Virus record (IMG/VR): IMGVR_UViG_3300010352_001202
Strand: one strand, 5' to 3'
Origin: a virus
Taxonomy: Duplodnaviria; Caudoviricetes
DNA length: 64,000 nucleotides
A model generated the notes under the pieces. That model made no database searches. It was not told the origin of the DNA and saw only the letters and a list, made by a program, of their open reading frames with translations. The translations under genes were made by a program, and so were the position numbers. Position 1 is the first letter of the stretch. Each line of letters begins with the position of its first letter. Shown here piece after piece: positions 9,317-18,684 of this stretch.

Positions 9317-9697
9317 ATGTCTATTAGACTTAGTAGAGATTATTCAGATTATCTGCCTTTACCGACAGCAGAAAACTTAGATATACTCCGGAAACAATGC
9401 AAATTGTTAACCTGCGAACAACTGAATAGCTTGGTATTTTTCCTGTCAGACGAACATAAACGATACACAACAACTATAATTCCAGAAGAAGAAATGCCAT
9501 TACAACAAGCCGAATGGTATGCGATACTCGAATATCAAAAGGTTGTTCAGCAAGAAGTTAAATATAGGAATTTTGTTACCAATTGTGGTAAGGATATAAG
9601 TGAAAAAATGTACGATAATATCATTGGTACCCCAAACAGGGTATTAGATGCTATCTTACAGCAGACAAGGCAATCTTCGCAGAAGATTGGTTTTTGA
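9317..9697 (+). CDS. Hypothetical protein
   Basis: 126 aa; AAGGA SD. Confidence 0.65.
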   Translation: MSIRLSRDYSDYLPLPTAENLDILRKQCKLLTCEQLNSLVFFLSDEHKRYTTTIIPEEEMPLQQAEWYAILEYQKVVQQEVKYRNFVTNCGKDISEKMYDNIIGTPNRVLDAILQQTRQSSQKIGF

Positions 9698-9705
9698 TAG
9701 ATTAT

Positions 9706-9784
9706 TCCGCACGGGCCGGCGTGGTGTAAGGCAAATGACTGTTAATCATTCTCAAGCTAGGTTCAACTCCTAGGTGCGGAGCCA
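9706..9784 (+). tRNA. tRNA-Asn(GTT)
   Basis: TCCGCAC/GTGCGGA; loop CTGTTAA; G73; CCA. Confidence 0.9.
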
Positions 9785-9786
9785 TA

Positions 9787-10329
9787 ATGTCAAAAAGTAG
9801 TGAAGCTGTAAAAAGATGGAGAGCTAATACCAAAGACAGAATGGTAAAGGCAATGGGTAGTAAATGTCAGTGTTGTGGTTATAATACATGTAATAATTCT
9901 TTGGCATTTCATCATATTGATCCAAAAAGAAAAGATTTAACATTTGCAGATACAAGGGCAAATCCTCAAAAATGGAATCTAATTGTTGAGGAGTTAAGAA
10001 AGTGTATTCTGGTATGCCATAATTGCCATGCTGAAATACATGCAGGTATTAGGACTATACCGGAAATTTATTTTATATTTGATGAATCTTTCGCAGATTA
10101 TAAGATAGAAACAGAATATAATTTTTGTATCTGTGGTAAAGAAAAACCACAGACGTTTAAATTTTGTAGTCATAAATGTGCTGCCACAAATCGTCGTAAG
10201 GTCGATTGGAATAATATTGATTTAATTGAATTATTAAAAAATCATAGCATTACCGAATTAGAGGATAAACTAGGAATCTCGAATGCTGCTATATACAAAA
10301 GACGAGATAAGATACTAAATAAGAAATGA
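9787..10329 (+). mobile_element. HNH endonuclease with C-terminal HTH
   Basis: CQCCGY...FHHIDP...KCILVCHNCHAEIH. Confidence 0.9.
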
Positions 10330-10670
10330 AACTAAAATACATTTTTGACGAAGAACAGGTATTCGAAAGCGAAACCGATAATGCACCGCGTGTTGGCGAG
10401 ATGGTCTTTTTTGAAGAAATCTTCTTTGTTGAAAATGTAGTTTGGTATCCAAAGGATGGAGAGGTTCGCATTTTTCTTTCGGACAGAGCAATGGCAAAAC
10501 CGAAGGTTGCGGAATCTAAGGCAAAGGTAGTAAACTTACATTTAGTTGGACAAGCACAGCAGACAGCCGACAAGGCGCTTAAAGAAGCATCCGAACTAAA
10601 AAGACAAGTATTCTCAATTAGACAATATCTAAAAAATCAGCCAAAGGCACCGACAAAAAATGACACCTGA
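10326..10670 (+). CDS. Hypothetical protein
   Basis: 114 aa coupled ORF. Confidence 0.6.
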   Translation: MKLKYIFDEEQVFESETDNAPRVGEMVFFEEIFFVENVVWYPKDGEVRIFLSDRAMAKPKVAESKAKVVNLHLVGQAQQTADKALKEASELKRQVFSIRQYLKNQPKAPTKNDT

Positions 10671-10866
10671 TAAAAACTATCGTATGGCCCCGCAGATCAA
10701 GACAATGATCACAATGATGAAGGGCACTTCGGAACAAAAGAGTGCATGGAAACGTGCAATGATCGATGCGCAACTGTGCGAAGAGTCTGCTCGTCGTGCT
10801 GCATTGAAGTCAAAGGACAATGGAGATAATAAGGGCAAGGGCCGCGGAGCCGTTGCACCTGAGTAA
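10660..10866 (+). CDS. Small hypothetical protein
   Basis: 68 aa ORF. Confidence 0.6.
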   Translation: MTPDKNYRMAPQIKTMITMMKGTSEQKSAWKRAMIDAQLCEESARRAALKSKDNGDNKGKGRGAVAPE

Positions 10867-11076
10867 GTTCAGCCTGGTATGTTCGGTACAATCATAGGAT
10901 TTGGGTCATTTACTATATACCCACCGAGCCTCGGATAATATTAAATTAATTTCATTATCCTTACCAGCATTTTTACTAAGGAATATGTCGCGGATAGATA
11001 TATCTTAAAATAGAATATATAACCCGGACCCTATTATAATATTATATAAATAATGTTATATGTCTATTCCGATTTT

Positions 11077-11150
11077 GCCCTTGTAAGCTAATGGTAAACT
11101 GGCTTCTTGGTATGGAGCATTCGTAGGTTCGATTCCTACCAGGGGCACCA
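11077..11150 (+). tRNA. tRNA-Thr(GGT)
   Basis: GCCCTTG/CAGGGGC; loop TTGGTAT; ACCA. Confidence 0.88.
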
Positions 11151-11170
11151 AAGATAAATAAATGATCAGA

Positions 11171-11248
11171 CGCGGCGTGGGGAAGCTCGGTAACCCGCTA
11201 GGCTCATAACCTAGAGATCGTTGGTTCAAATCCAACCGTTCGCAACCA
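11171..11248 (+). tRNA. tRNA-Met(CAT), initiator-like
   Basis: C1xA72; loop CTCATAA; TTCAAAT; one bulged base in the acceptor stem. Confidence 0.88.
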
Positions 11249-11499
11249 AATTTTATGAAAGTGTTAACAGCACTGTTGGTATACAATCTACCAATATATT
11301 AGGGCTTTTGCTCCGCTGATATGCGTTATCTATTATTACTATGTTTTTTTGGGGTTCACTATGTAGTGTTTTCGGAGAAACGAACTGAAGCTGTGAATAA
11401 GCGGTTGATATACCAGAATCTATCATTGTCAAGAACAATTCACGGGGTCGACCACCGGTAAACGGGTCAGGGTGATATCCGAAACTATCAATAAACAAT

Positions 11500-11578
11500 A
11501 GCAGGCGGGCGGCTGGTAGTCTCGTCAGGTCTCATAAGCCAGAAAAGAGCGTGGTTCGATTCCACGGCACTGCAACCA
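11500..11578 (+). tRNA. Atypical tRNA-Met(CAT)
   Basis: A1xA72; loop CTCATAA; T arm CGTGG-TTCGATT-CCACG; bulged A in the acceptor stem. Confidence 0.75.
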
Positions 11579-11630
11579 ATTAAAATGCCCTAAAGGGCGC
11601 GGCCCGAACATGCGTGTAACTGTTCTTATT

Positions 11631-11715
11631 GCGGATATGGTGGAATTGGTAGTCACGCCAGCTTGAGGTGCTGGTGCCGAAAGGCGTGGAGGTTCGAGTC
11701 CTCTTATCCGCACCA
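11631..11715 (+). tRNA. tRNA-Leu(GAG)
   Basis: GCGGATA/TATCCGC; loop TTGAGGT; long variable arm. Confidence 0.95.
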
Positions 11716-11813
11716 ACTTACTACTATTGTAGGATAAATCCCTACTAAGTATTTCCAATTTACCCGATAAATATATGCTATGTGTGGCAGCACACATTGA
11801 TCAATGGAGGCAT

Positions 11814-12464
11814 ATGTCGGGGCTTGTAAGCAAACTAAACACTCTTAAAGCATTCATGGCATCGCTGACATGGATGAAGATAGCTCAACTAGTAGTGTTA
11901 TTTCTAGTTATGGCATTGGCATGGATTACATACGAGACAAGGGAAGATCTTGTAAGGTATATATTTTCGCAGCAAGAACATAACATTCCGTTAAAGAAAC
12001 TATCAGCTAAAACAACAGAAGAATTAAAGGCAGCCATAGGTAAGAATGACCTAGTGGTTGCTGTCGCCGTTAATGTCATAAATTTTAAGACAAACAGCAG
12101 ATATGTGATCTTTTCATATTCGCCAGACAAAGATCTAACCAATGTGTATAATAGATACAATATGGAAAATCTCGAACAACCATTGTTCACAAATAATCCA
12201 GAACATAATAAAAGAATTATAGAACTTATCAATGGCGAATTTGTTTGTCATAAATATATTAACACTATAGGGAGTGTGGATTTACCTGACACCAGAAATT
12301 ACATAGACACAGTCTGTGCTAATGGTGTCCCTCCATATTATGGAAAAATAATCGGTGTTGTTAGTATCTTCACAAAAAGAGAACCAATTCCGGAAGAAGT
12401 AGATCAGATTAGAGTTCTAACAAGAAATCTTGCTATTTTAATTTACGATAAAGAATTAAAATGA
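11814..12464 (+). CDS. T4 holin T-like membrane protein (paralog 1)
   Basis: Single N-terminal TM plus ~160 aa soluble domain with two Cys; GGAGG SD. Confidence 0.55.
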   Translation: MSGLVSKLNTLKAFMASLTWMKIAQLVVLFLVMALAWITYETREDLVRYIFSQQEHNIPLKKLSAKTTEELKAAIGKNDLVVAVAVNVINFKTNSRYVIFSYSPDKDLTNVYNRYNMENLEQPLFTNNPEHNKRIIELINGEFVCHKYINTIGSVDLPDTRNYIDTVCANGVPPYYGKIIGVVSIFTKREPIPEEVDQIRVLTRNLAILIYDKELK

Positions 12465-12709
12465 TTACAAATAGTCTCGAATGGAATACCTTACAAGACA
12501 CACTTAGACACCGAGCAAAAGGACTTGGCTATAGTAAGGATGTATTAAGAATGATTAATAATATTCATTCTGAAATAACACAATTATCTATAGCTGAAAT
12601 AGAATCGCGCAGAGGAAGAAGTCACCGTGCAGAAGAACTTCTTATTAAGATAAACCAAGACATAGAACTTGTTGAGGAATATCTTCTTGTCGCCGCACTA
12701 TTAGGATAA
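12461..12709 (+). CDS. Hypothetical protein
   Basis: 82 aa helical ORF. Confidence 0.6.
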   Translation: MITNSLEWNTLQDTLRHRAKGLGYSKDVLRMINNIHSEITQLSIAEIESRRGRSHRAEELLIKINQDIELVEEYLLVAALLG

Positions 12710-12715
12710 GGTGGC

Positions 12716-13306
12716 ATGGCTGATAATAGATCACACTACATTATATATTCGATTGTAATTTTATTCTTATTATTCTGGTCGGTCGTATCGGTGTCCTACT
12801 ACGGATTTAAGCATAGCGAAATTGTACTAGACAAAGAAACAACAGATGATATCATAACAGATGTTGCCCGCATTCCAAATTTTGTGGGAATAATGATTAT
12901 TAGGGCAGATATCCAAACTAATGAACGGCATATAATCTATTCTTATATAGCTGATCCCGAAACTAGAAAATTGTTTACGGATTTCTTTCAGAATAAGACG
13001 GTGACACCTGCACAGCCTTTGTTTGTAAAGGGTGATGATAAGATCAACAATCGGATTGTTCGCTTGATAAATCATCAATACGATTGTTCACCCTGGACTG
13101 ATTTGATTGGTTCTAAGTTTGTCCCTGCTTCCATGTCGACTATCACATCAGCATGTGGAGTTGCAATTCCGCCATCATATGGTGCATTCGATGGCATGGT
13201 AACTATTTTCCTTAGCAAGGAGCCGACAGATGCCGATAGGATTCTTCTCGGAACAGTGCTAAAAGATATTTCAAATGATGTTTCCCGAGCCATGGCAAAA
13301 CATTGA
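12716..13306 (+). CDS. T4 holin T-like membrane protein (paralog 2)
   Basis: Shares QPLF...N.RI..LIN...C...C..(V/I)PP.YG with 11814..12464. Confidence 0.55.
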   Translation: MADNRSHYIIYSIVILFLLFWSVVSVSYYGFKHSEIVLDKETTDDIITDVARIPNFVGIMIIRADIQTNERHIIYSYIADPETRKLFTDFFQNKTVTPAQPLFVKGDDKINNRIVRLINHQYDCSPWTDLIGSKFVPASMSTITSACGVAIPPSYGAFDGMVTIFLSKEPTDADRILLGTVLKDISNDVSRAMAKH

Positions 13307-13331
13307 CATTTAAGTAATATTCCTATATACT
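13303..13331 (+). promoter_or_regulatory. Sigma70-type promoter
   Basis: TTGACA-17-TATACT. Confidence 0.75.
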
Positions 13332-13341
13332 TGACAAACAC

Positions 13342-13435
13342 GGACGCGGTAATCAGACAGGCGTGCTGAGCTATCCTGGAAAGATAGTCGTGTGAGTGAT
13401 CCTCGCATGGGTTTCGAATACCCACCCGTCCTCCA
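13342..13435 (+). tRNA. tRNA-Ser(GGA), atypical acceptor stem
   Basis: Loop CTGGAAA; long variable arm; GGACG(C)GG/CCCGTCC; TCCA. Confidence 0.8.
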
Positions 13436-13452
13436 TTTAACCAAGTAAAATC

Positions 13453-13839
13453 ATGCAAAATATCCATAGGAATGTTATGAACGCAATCAAAATGAATCGC
13501 GAGCAACTTCTCGCCATTGTCCGTGAAAACAAGATCAAGCACATGGCCGAAGCCGAGGAAGCCGTTCTTGATTACAAGGCACTTGTATTACAGATCGCCC
13601 AAGCCAATGCAAAGTTGGCCAAGACTGGTGACTTGAATGAATTCAAGAAGATGAAGGCCATGCCACAGGCTCCTCAGTCATATGAGTCAAGCTATGCACG
13701 CGCCATTCGCATGCTTGAACTTTCGGTCGAAGAAATCATTGAAGTCGAAGAAGATGTATTCAACCAACTCGTTCTTGACGAGTGGGACTGGAAGCGCGGC
13801 TTCGTAGCAACCTCTGCTATGTATAAGAGCGCATTTTAA
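13453..13839 (+). CDS. Hypothetical protein
   Basis: 128 aa ORF. Confidence 0.7.
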   Translation: MQNIHRNVMNAIKMNREQLLAIVRENKIKHMAEAEEAVLDYKALVLQIAQANAKLAKTGDLNEFKKMKAMPQAPQSYESSYARAIRMLELSVEEIIEVEEDVFNQLVLDEWDWKRGFVATSAMYKSAF

Positions 13840-13935
13840 ACCAGTTGCATAAGATAGGCAACTACACTACATTATGACTTGCAAGACGCCCATAGTGGGC
13901 AAGTAAGTAAACACACATTGAAGGACTAAACTATC

Positions 13936-14517
13936 ATGGCTGAACCAGTCACCGCTGGACTTGCAGCATCCGCGGCAACCGTCGGTGCCGTAGCAACCAC
14001 TACATCGGGAGCCGCATCAACAGGCTTTTTCGCAAGTGCAGCAGGCTTTGCACTTGGCGTCATTGGCGCCTGGGGTCTTCTGATCCTTATCGGCCTGTTT
14101 GTGCTTGGTATCTTGTTTGAACACAACGGTGCCCGTGGCTGGTCTGTGTTCTCTGCAATTGTTACCGCTGCTGTCGCTTATTTCTTCTTCAGCGTCTCGC
14201 TTCTGACTATCGCAATTGGTGCAGCCGCATACATTGTGATCGGCCTGGTGTGGAGCTTCTGGCGATACAAGCGTCATGCGGCAAATGTGGTTGAGGAATA
14301 CCGGCAAGCATCGCAATCGGAAAAGGAACGCGCCCTGCGCCGCCTGCACCCGAAGGAAATGCTCGGTACCATTACTGCGTGGATCCTGATCTGGCCCTTC
14401 AGCTTCGTGGAAAACATGATCGGTGATTTCATCACTGCCATCCAGACGCTGATTACCAAGGTCTTCCGTGGCATCTACCACAGGATCTACGACTCGGCTG
14501 TCGCTGCTCTGAGCTAA
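13936..14517 (+). CDS. Multi-pass membrane protein
   Basis: Several hydrophobic helices; AAGGA SD. Confidence 0.7.
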   Translation: MAEPVTAGLAASAATVGAVATTTSGAASTGFFASAAGFALGVIGAWGLLILIGLFVLGILFEHNGARGWSVFSAIVTAAVAYFFFSVSLLTIAIGAAAYIVIGLVWSFWRYKRHAANVVEEYRQASQSEKERALRRLHPKEMLGTITAWILIWPFSFVENMIGDFITAIQTLITKVFRGIYHRIYDSAVAALS

Positions 14518-14527
14518 GGCAAGGAGC

Positions 14528-14782
14528 ATGGTGAAGATTGACTTCACCAGTTTCGGAGATTTCTCCACATGCCCAGCATGGTGGAGAAATCTTGTGACTG
14601 AAGCAACAAAAGATTTGCCGCAGCAGGACCCGGAGTGGAGTAATGCCATTATCGCTGCATTGCAAAAATACGGTGCTGTAATGGATGACATTGATTCGTG
14701 GCAATTCAACTATGTTATGTTTAGGGATGATGCGGATTTTTTGGCATGTATATTAAGATGGGATTATGAAGATGGCCGCTAA
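14528..14782 (+). CDS. Hypothetical protein
   Basis: 84 aa; AAGGAG SD. Confidence 0.6.
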   Translation: MVKIDFTSFGDFSTCPAWWRNLVTEATKDLPQQDPEWSNAIIAALQKYGAVMDDIDSWQFNYVMFRDDADFLACILRWDYEDGR

Positions 14783-15164
14783 ACAAGTTATTGTAATGAA
14801 GAAGTTCCCCAAGGATCGCAATATGCGTACCGGGAAATATGTCGCTCAAGGAGCACATGCTTCTGTAGGGGCTATTTTTAGTCTCGGGACTGTGGTGAAT
14901 GATAATCTGGTTATTCCACTTAATGATCCGTTTGTGAAAGAATGGATTACAGGTAGGTTTGCCAAGATAGCACTATATGTCGAAACCGACCAGGAATTGG
15001 TTGATCTCTACAAACAAGCACTTGGCGCGGGCTTGCCTGCCGCACTGATTAAGGATGCAGGGCTGACTGAATTCAATGGCGTGCCTACGCTAACTGCGGT
15101 TGGCATTGGTCCCGGTAATGCAGAAGTTATTGATAAGGTAACCGGTCACTTACCTCTATTTTGA
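14766..15164 (+). CDS. pth2: Peptidyl-tRNA hydrolase, Pth2 family
   Basis: GKYVAQGAHAS, IKDAGLTE, TAVGIGP...IDKVTGHLPL. Confidence 0.92.
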   Translation: MKMAAKQVIVMKKFPKDRNMRTGKYVAQGAHASVGAIFSLGTVVNDNLVIPLNDPFVKEWITGRFAKIALYVETDQELVDLYKQALGAGLPAALIKDAGLTEFNGVPTLTAVGIGPGNAEVIDKVTGHLPLF

Positions 15165-15173
15165 AAGAACAAT

Positions 15174-15413
15174 ATGGATTTTATTACCTGGTTTGTCAAA
15201 ACAAACAGAACAGACATTATCGAGAATTGGTTTCCGGTCGCGGGAATGTATTTCTTTTTTGCTGTTATATTTTCCCTCCTTGCTAACAGCTGGATATTAT
15301 TTGGAATAGCGTACACAATTGGCTTCGCAATCTGCGCACCTATTGCATATGTTCTTCTGAAAGAACAATGGGATAAGGTATATAATCGTTACGAGAAGAC
15401 TCGTAAGGAGTAG
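15174..15413 (+). CDS. Small membrane protein
   Basis: Two TM segments. Confidence 0.6.
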   Translation: MDFITWFVKTNRTDIIENWFPVAGMYFFFAVIFSLLANSWILFGIAYTIGFAICAPIAYVLLKEQWDKVYNRYEKTRKE

Positions 15414-15447
15414 GTTGCGAGAGGTCGCACAATAAGTTATAGTTTAG

Positions 15448-16281
15448 ATGTCTAACACAGAAAGGGACACACAAGTGGACAACGCACTTATCACGGAAAT
15501 TGAACAAAAGAAAGAAAAGTTTGGTGGATGGATCAAGCTCGGCGCCCTGGCGGTAGTCGGCCTGCTTGTTGCCCCGTTTATCATGCTGTCAATCGGCGGC
15601 CTCATCGGCCTTGGTGTTGCAGCAGCCGTCGGATTTACGCTGGTGCAACTTGCTCCTGTATTTGCACTCAAGGTTGCAAACTGGAAATATCGGCTGATTG
15701 ATGCAGAGAAGGTGGCGCATGTAAAGGCAGTTACCAATGCTGCTGCAGAAAATCCGATTGAGACGCTTACCAACTTGCTGATTGCTAAGAAGGGCGCGTT
15801 TAACGAGTTCAAGATGGCAGTGGAACAAGCAGTTACTGCACGCTCCAACTTCAAAACGAAGGTTGAAAAGTTCAAGCAACGCTATCCCGCCCGAGCCGCC
15901 GAATTCGAGGCACAACTTGCACGAATGACCGATTTGGTCGAACGCAAGAAGAAAGCTCTTGGTGATGCAAGGCAATCACTAGAGGATGGTGACATGAAGC
16001 TTGAGGAAATGAAGGCTTACTACGAGATGTCTAAGGATGCAATTGAAGCCAACCGTGCTGCTGGTATGGATACTGGTGACGCATTCGAGAAGTTGAAGGC
16101 CGATACAGCATGTGACGCAGTGTTTGAATCCATGAATATGGCATTCGCTCAACTTGAAGTTGCTGCTGCAATCGATGTGGAAGCGGATGACAAGCCTGCC
16201 CAAGGTGTTGCACAATTAGGTCATAGCGAACCTGTTGTACTCGAAGTACCGGTTACCCAAACACAGAAAGTGAGTCGATAA
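15448..16281 (+). CDS. Membrane-anchored PspA/IM30-like coiled-coil protein
   Basis: N-terminal TM hairpin, ENPIETL, long coiled coil. Confidence 0.6.
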   Translation: MSNTERDTQVDNALITEIEQKKEKFGGWIKLGALAVVGLLVAPFIMLSIGGLIGLGVAAAVGFTLVQLAPVFALKVANWKYRLIDAEKVAHVKAVTNAAAENPIETLTNLLIAKKGAFNEFKMAVEQAVTARSNFKTKVEKFKQRYPARAAEFEAQLARMTDLVERKKKALGDARQSLEDGDMKLEEMKAYYEMSKDAIEANRAAGMDTGDAFEKLKADTACDAVFESMNMAFAQLEVAAAIDVEADDKPAQGVAQLGHSEPVVLEVPVTQTQKVSR

Positions 16282-16437
16282 ATGAAGTTCCGTATCTTTG
16301 GCACAATCGTTGTGCTGGCGATCCTTGGTGCGTTGGCAGTGGTTACTGGCGCACTTGACGAGAAGGGTGCAGGCCGGCATAATGCTCCTACTGCACCTGC
16401 AGACACTGGTGGCTTGCAACCCCTGAAAATCAACTAA
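16282..16437 (+). CDS. Small membrane protein (51 aa, below the ORF-track cutoff)
   Basis: MKFRIFGTIVVLAILGALAVVTG...; abuts the upstream stop codon. Confidence 0.55.
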   Translation: MKFRIFGTIVVLAILGALAVVTGALDEKGAGRHNAPTAPADTGGLQPLKIN

Positions 16438-16455
16438 CTTTACAGAAAGAAACAT

Positions 16456-17394
16456 ATGAAACTCAAACTTATTTCCGCAGTGGCGCTCTCCCTGTTTGCA
16501 TTGACTGCTGCTCAAGCTCAACAAGTGAAGGTGGCAACCGGCGGTCCCAAGGGAACCTACCATGCGCTGTTTGCCAACATTGCCGAAAAGTGTGGCGACC
16601 AAATGGCAATGATTGAAGTGCCGTCAAGCGGTTCACTGGAAAACTTGGACAAGCTGGCCGGCAAGGAAGTCGGTGCTGCATTCATGCAAACTGATGCACT
16701 GTTTGCTTCTGCACAAGGACGCGATCTGGGCAATATCAAGACACTGGTTGCCTTCAACAAGGAATCGGTCCACGTGGTTGCTCCTGTTGCATCCGGACTA
16801 AAGACGTCGGGCAACATGATTGGCATGGGTAAGCAAGACATTGTGTTTACCAATGTCGAAGACTTGGCAGGCTACAAGGTTGCTGCTGCTGGCGGCTCGG
16901 TGATTACTGCCCAAGTTCTGCAAGGTCAGGGCCAGGTGAAGTGGACAATTGTTCCTGTTGACTCAAACGATGCTGCGATTGCTGCTATCAAGTCCGGTGC
17001 TGTTCAGGCGGCTGTGATGGTTGGTGGACAACCGCTAGGAAATGTCAAGGCGCTTGGTCCCGACATGAAGCTACTTAGTTTTAGGTCCGGTACCGTGGAT
17101 CTGTTGAAGACAGTTTACGTCGCTGATAAGTTGTCGTATCCGAAGCTCAGCACTTCTGCTGTGAGCACCATTGCTACCGAAGCATTGCTGGTTACCAGAA
17201 CTGTGAATACGCCGGATCGCGTTACCGCGCTGGCCAACTTCCGAAACTGTGTCATCAAGCATGTTCCCGAATGGCAAGATGCTGACGGTGCTCACCCGGC
17301 TTGGTCGCAAGTGGATGTTGCTAACAAGGGCAAGTGGCCATTCTACGAGTTGCCGATGCCCGCAACCGTGACAGTCACCGGCAAGAAGAAGTAA
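16456..17394 (+). CDS. TAXI-family TRAP solute-binding protein
   Basis: Signal peptide; VATGGPKGTY, SSGSLENL, FMQTD. Confidence 0.85.
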   Translation: MKLKLISAVALSLFALTAAQAQQVKVATGGPKGTYHALFANIAEKCGDQMAMIEVPSSGSLENLDKLAGKEVGAAFMQTDALFASAQGRDLGNIKTLVAFNKESVHVVAPVASGLKTSGNMIGMGKQDIVFTNVEDLAGYKVAAAGGSVITAQVLQGQGQVKWTIVPVDSNDAAIAAIKSGAVQAAVMVGGQPLGNVKALGPDMKLLSFRSGTVDLLKTVYVADKLSYPKLSTSAVSTIATEALLVTRTVNTPDRVTALANFRNCVIKHVPEWQDADGAHPAWSQVDVANKGKWPFYELPMPATVTVTGKKK

Positions 17395-17411
17395 GAGATA
17401 AATAAGAATCT

Positions 17412-17588
17412 AGGATAGGTACAGCAAACAAAATAATAAAGCAACTGGCAGCTTATAAACTGCCTATTATTGGAAGAAACCAAGTTTGTGTCGGACAAGA
17501 TTCCGAATCGAGCGTAAGCGATTTACGATAGGGAGGTGGGTTTGATAGGCCCTCCAGAATAATAATCAAACCGTTACCAACTATCCTG
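17412..17588 (+). ncRNA. CAGCAA-module RNA B
   Basis: AGGATAG/CTATCCT-G; GTACAGCAA; GATAAATA promoter at 17397 and downstream terminator. Confidence 0.75.
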
Positions 17589-17592
17589 TAAT

Positions 17593-17624
17593 GACACCGC
17601 TTATAATAAGCGGTGTCGCCTTTT
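17593..17624 (+). terminator. Intrinsic terminator-like hairpin
   Basis: GACACCGCTTA-TAA-TAAGCGGTGTC then GCCTTTT. Confidence 0.65.
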
Positions 17625-17635
17625 ATAATACAGGC

Positions 17636-18076
17636 ATGGGCCGACTAGTCGAACTAAAAGACATTGATCTTACACCGCATTGGTATTTTTCCGACACATG
17701 GTATAGTACCGACGGTCGCAGATATGTGTATAAGTGGCCAAGCCCGGATTTCCCGCACCAAGTGTCAATTCATGCAGATGATATTGATCGTGACCATGCA
17801 CTAAAAATCAAAATTAGGCGGTGGATTGAAAGAAATCTTTCCGAGACTGTTATATTTTCCGAAGTACAAAAGAACTATCGAATATATTACGGTGAAGAAA
17901 GAGATTGGGATCACAGCTACGAAAGAAGAAATGAGTGGTATGTGTTCCACTTTGAGGATGAACATAGTGCCACAATATTCCGATTAGCATTTTCGGATTT
18001 AGTGAAAGAGATAACAGAGTTACACCCAGACAAGGAAGACGAATATGAGAAAACTAGCTACCATAAGAACTATTAG
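17636..18076 (+). CDS. Hypothetical protein
   Basis: ORF; start placed after the terminator. Confidence 0.65.
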   Translation: MGRLVELKDIDLTPHWYFSDTWYSTDGRRYVYKWPSPDFPHQVSIHADDIDRDHALKIKIRRWIERNLSETVIFSEVQKNYRIYYGEERDWDHSYERRNEWYVFHFEDEHSATIFRLAFSDLVKEITELHPDKEDEYEKTSYHKNY

Positions 18077-18098
18077 CGATAATTGATGGTTGGCAGAT
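18045..18098 (+). pseudogene. 5' remnant of the RNA ligase gene
   Basis: AAGGA SD, then MRKLATIRTISDN*, and AIIDGWQ in another frame; intact ligase reads MRKLATIRQILDL...AVVDGWT. Confidence 0.8.
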
Positions 18099-18117
18099 AT
18101 ATTTGGTAAATAAGCAT

Positions 18118-18684
18118 ATGAAATACTATACCATTTATAAGACAACCTGCCAACCAACCGGTAAAATATATATTGGTCAACATACAACTTCTAAGATTGA
18201 TGACAGATATATAGGATCTGGTAAAATTATAAAAAATGCTATAAAGAAATATGGAAGACATAACTTTACAAAAGATATTTTAGAAGTCTGTGATACATTA
18301 GAAATACAAAATATTAGAGAAGAATATTGGATACAACTGTTTGATTCGCGTAATCCAGAAATAGGATATAATATAGATACCGGCGGCTATTTAGGTCCGC
18401 GAAGTGATCTGGCAAGAAAAAATATTTCTAATGCAAATAAGTCCGCTGACAAAAGAAATAAAATATCAGTTACACTAATGAATCATGTTGTAAAAGATAT
18501 CACTAGAGATAAAATAAGAGAATCTATTTTACCTACCATGACTCCGGAAAGAAAACAATTCCAGCGGAATAATATGTTAGGTAGGAAAAAAATGAGATGC
18601 ATTGAGACTGGAAAATGTTCTCATATACGAGCAGATGATATACAACACTACATAAACAACGGATGGATATTATGCGTAAATTAG
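18118..18684 (+). mobile_element. GIY-YIG (Seg-like) homing endonuclease
   Basis: TIYKTT...KIYIGQH...YIGSG...E...GYNI. Confidence 0.9.

Noticed and set aside
17447-17465. Ile(UAU) anticodon mimic in RNA B (GGCAG-CTTATAAA-CTGCC)
   Set aside because: The loop is 8 nt rather than 7, so mimicry is not supported without homologues.
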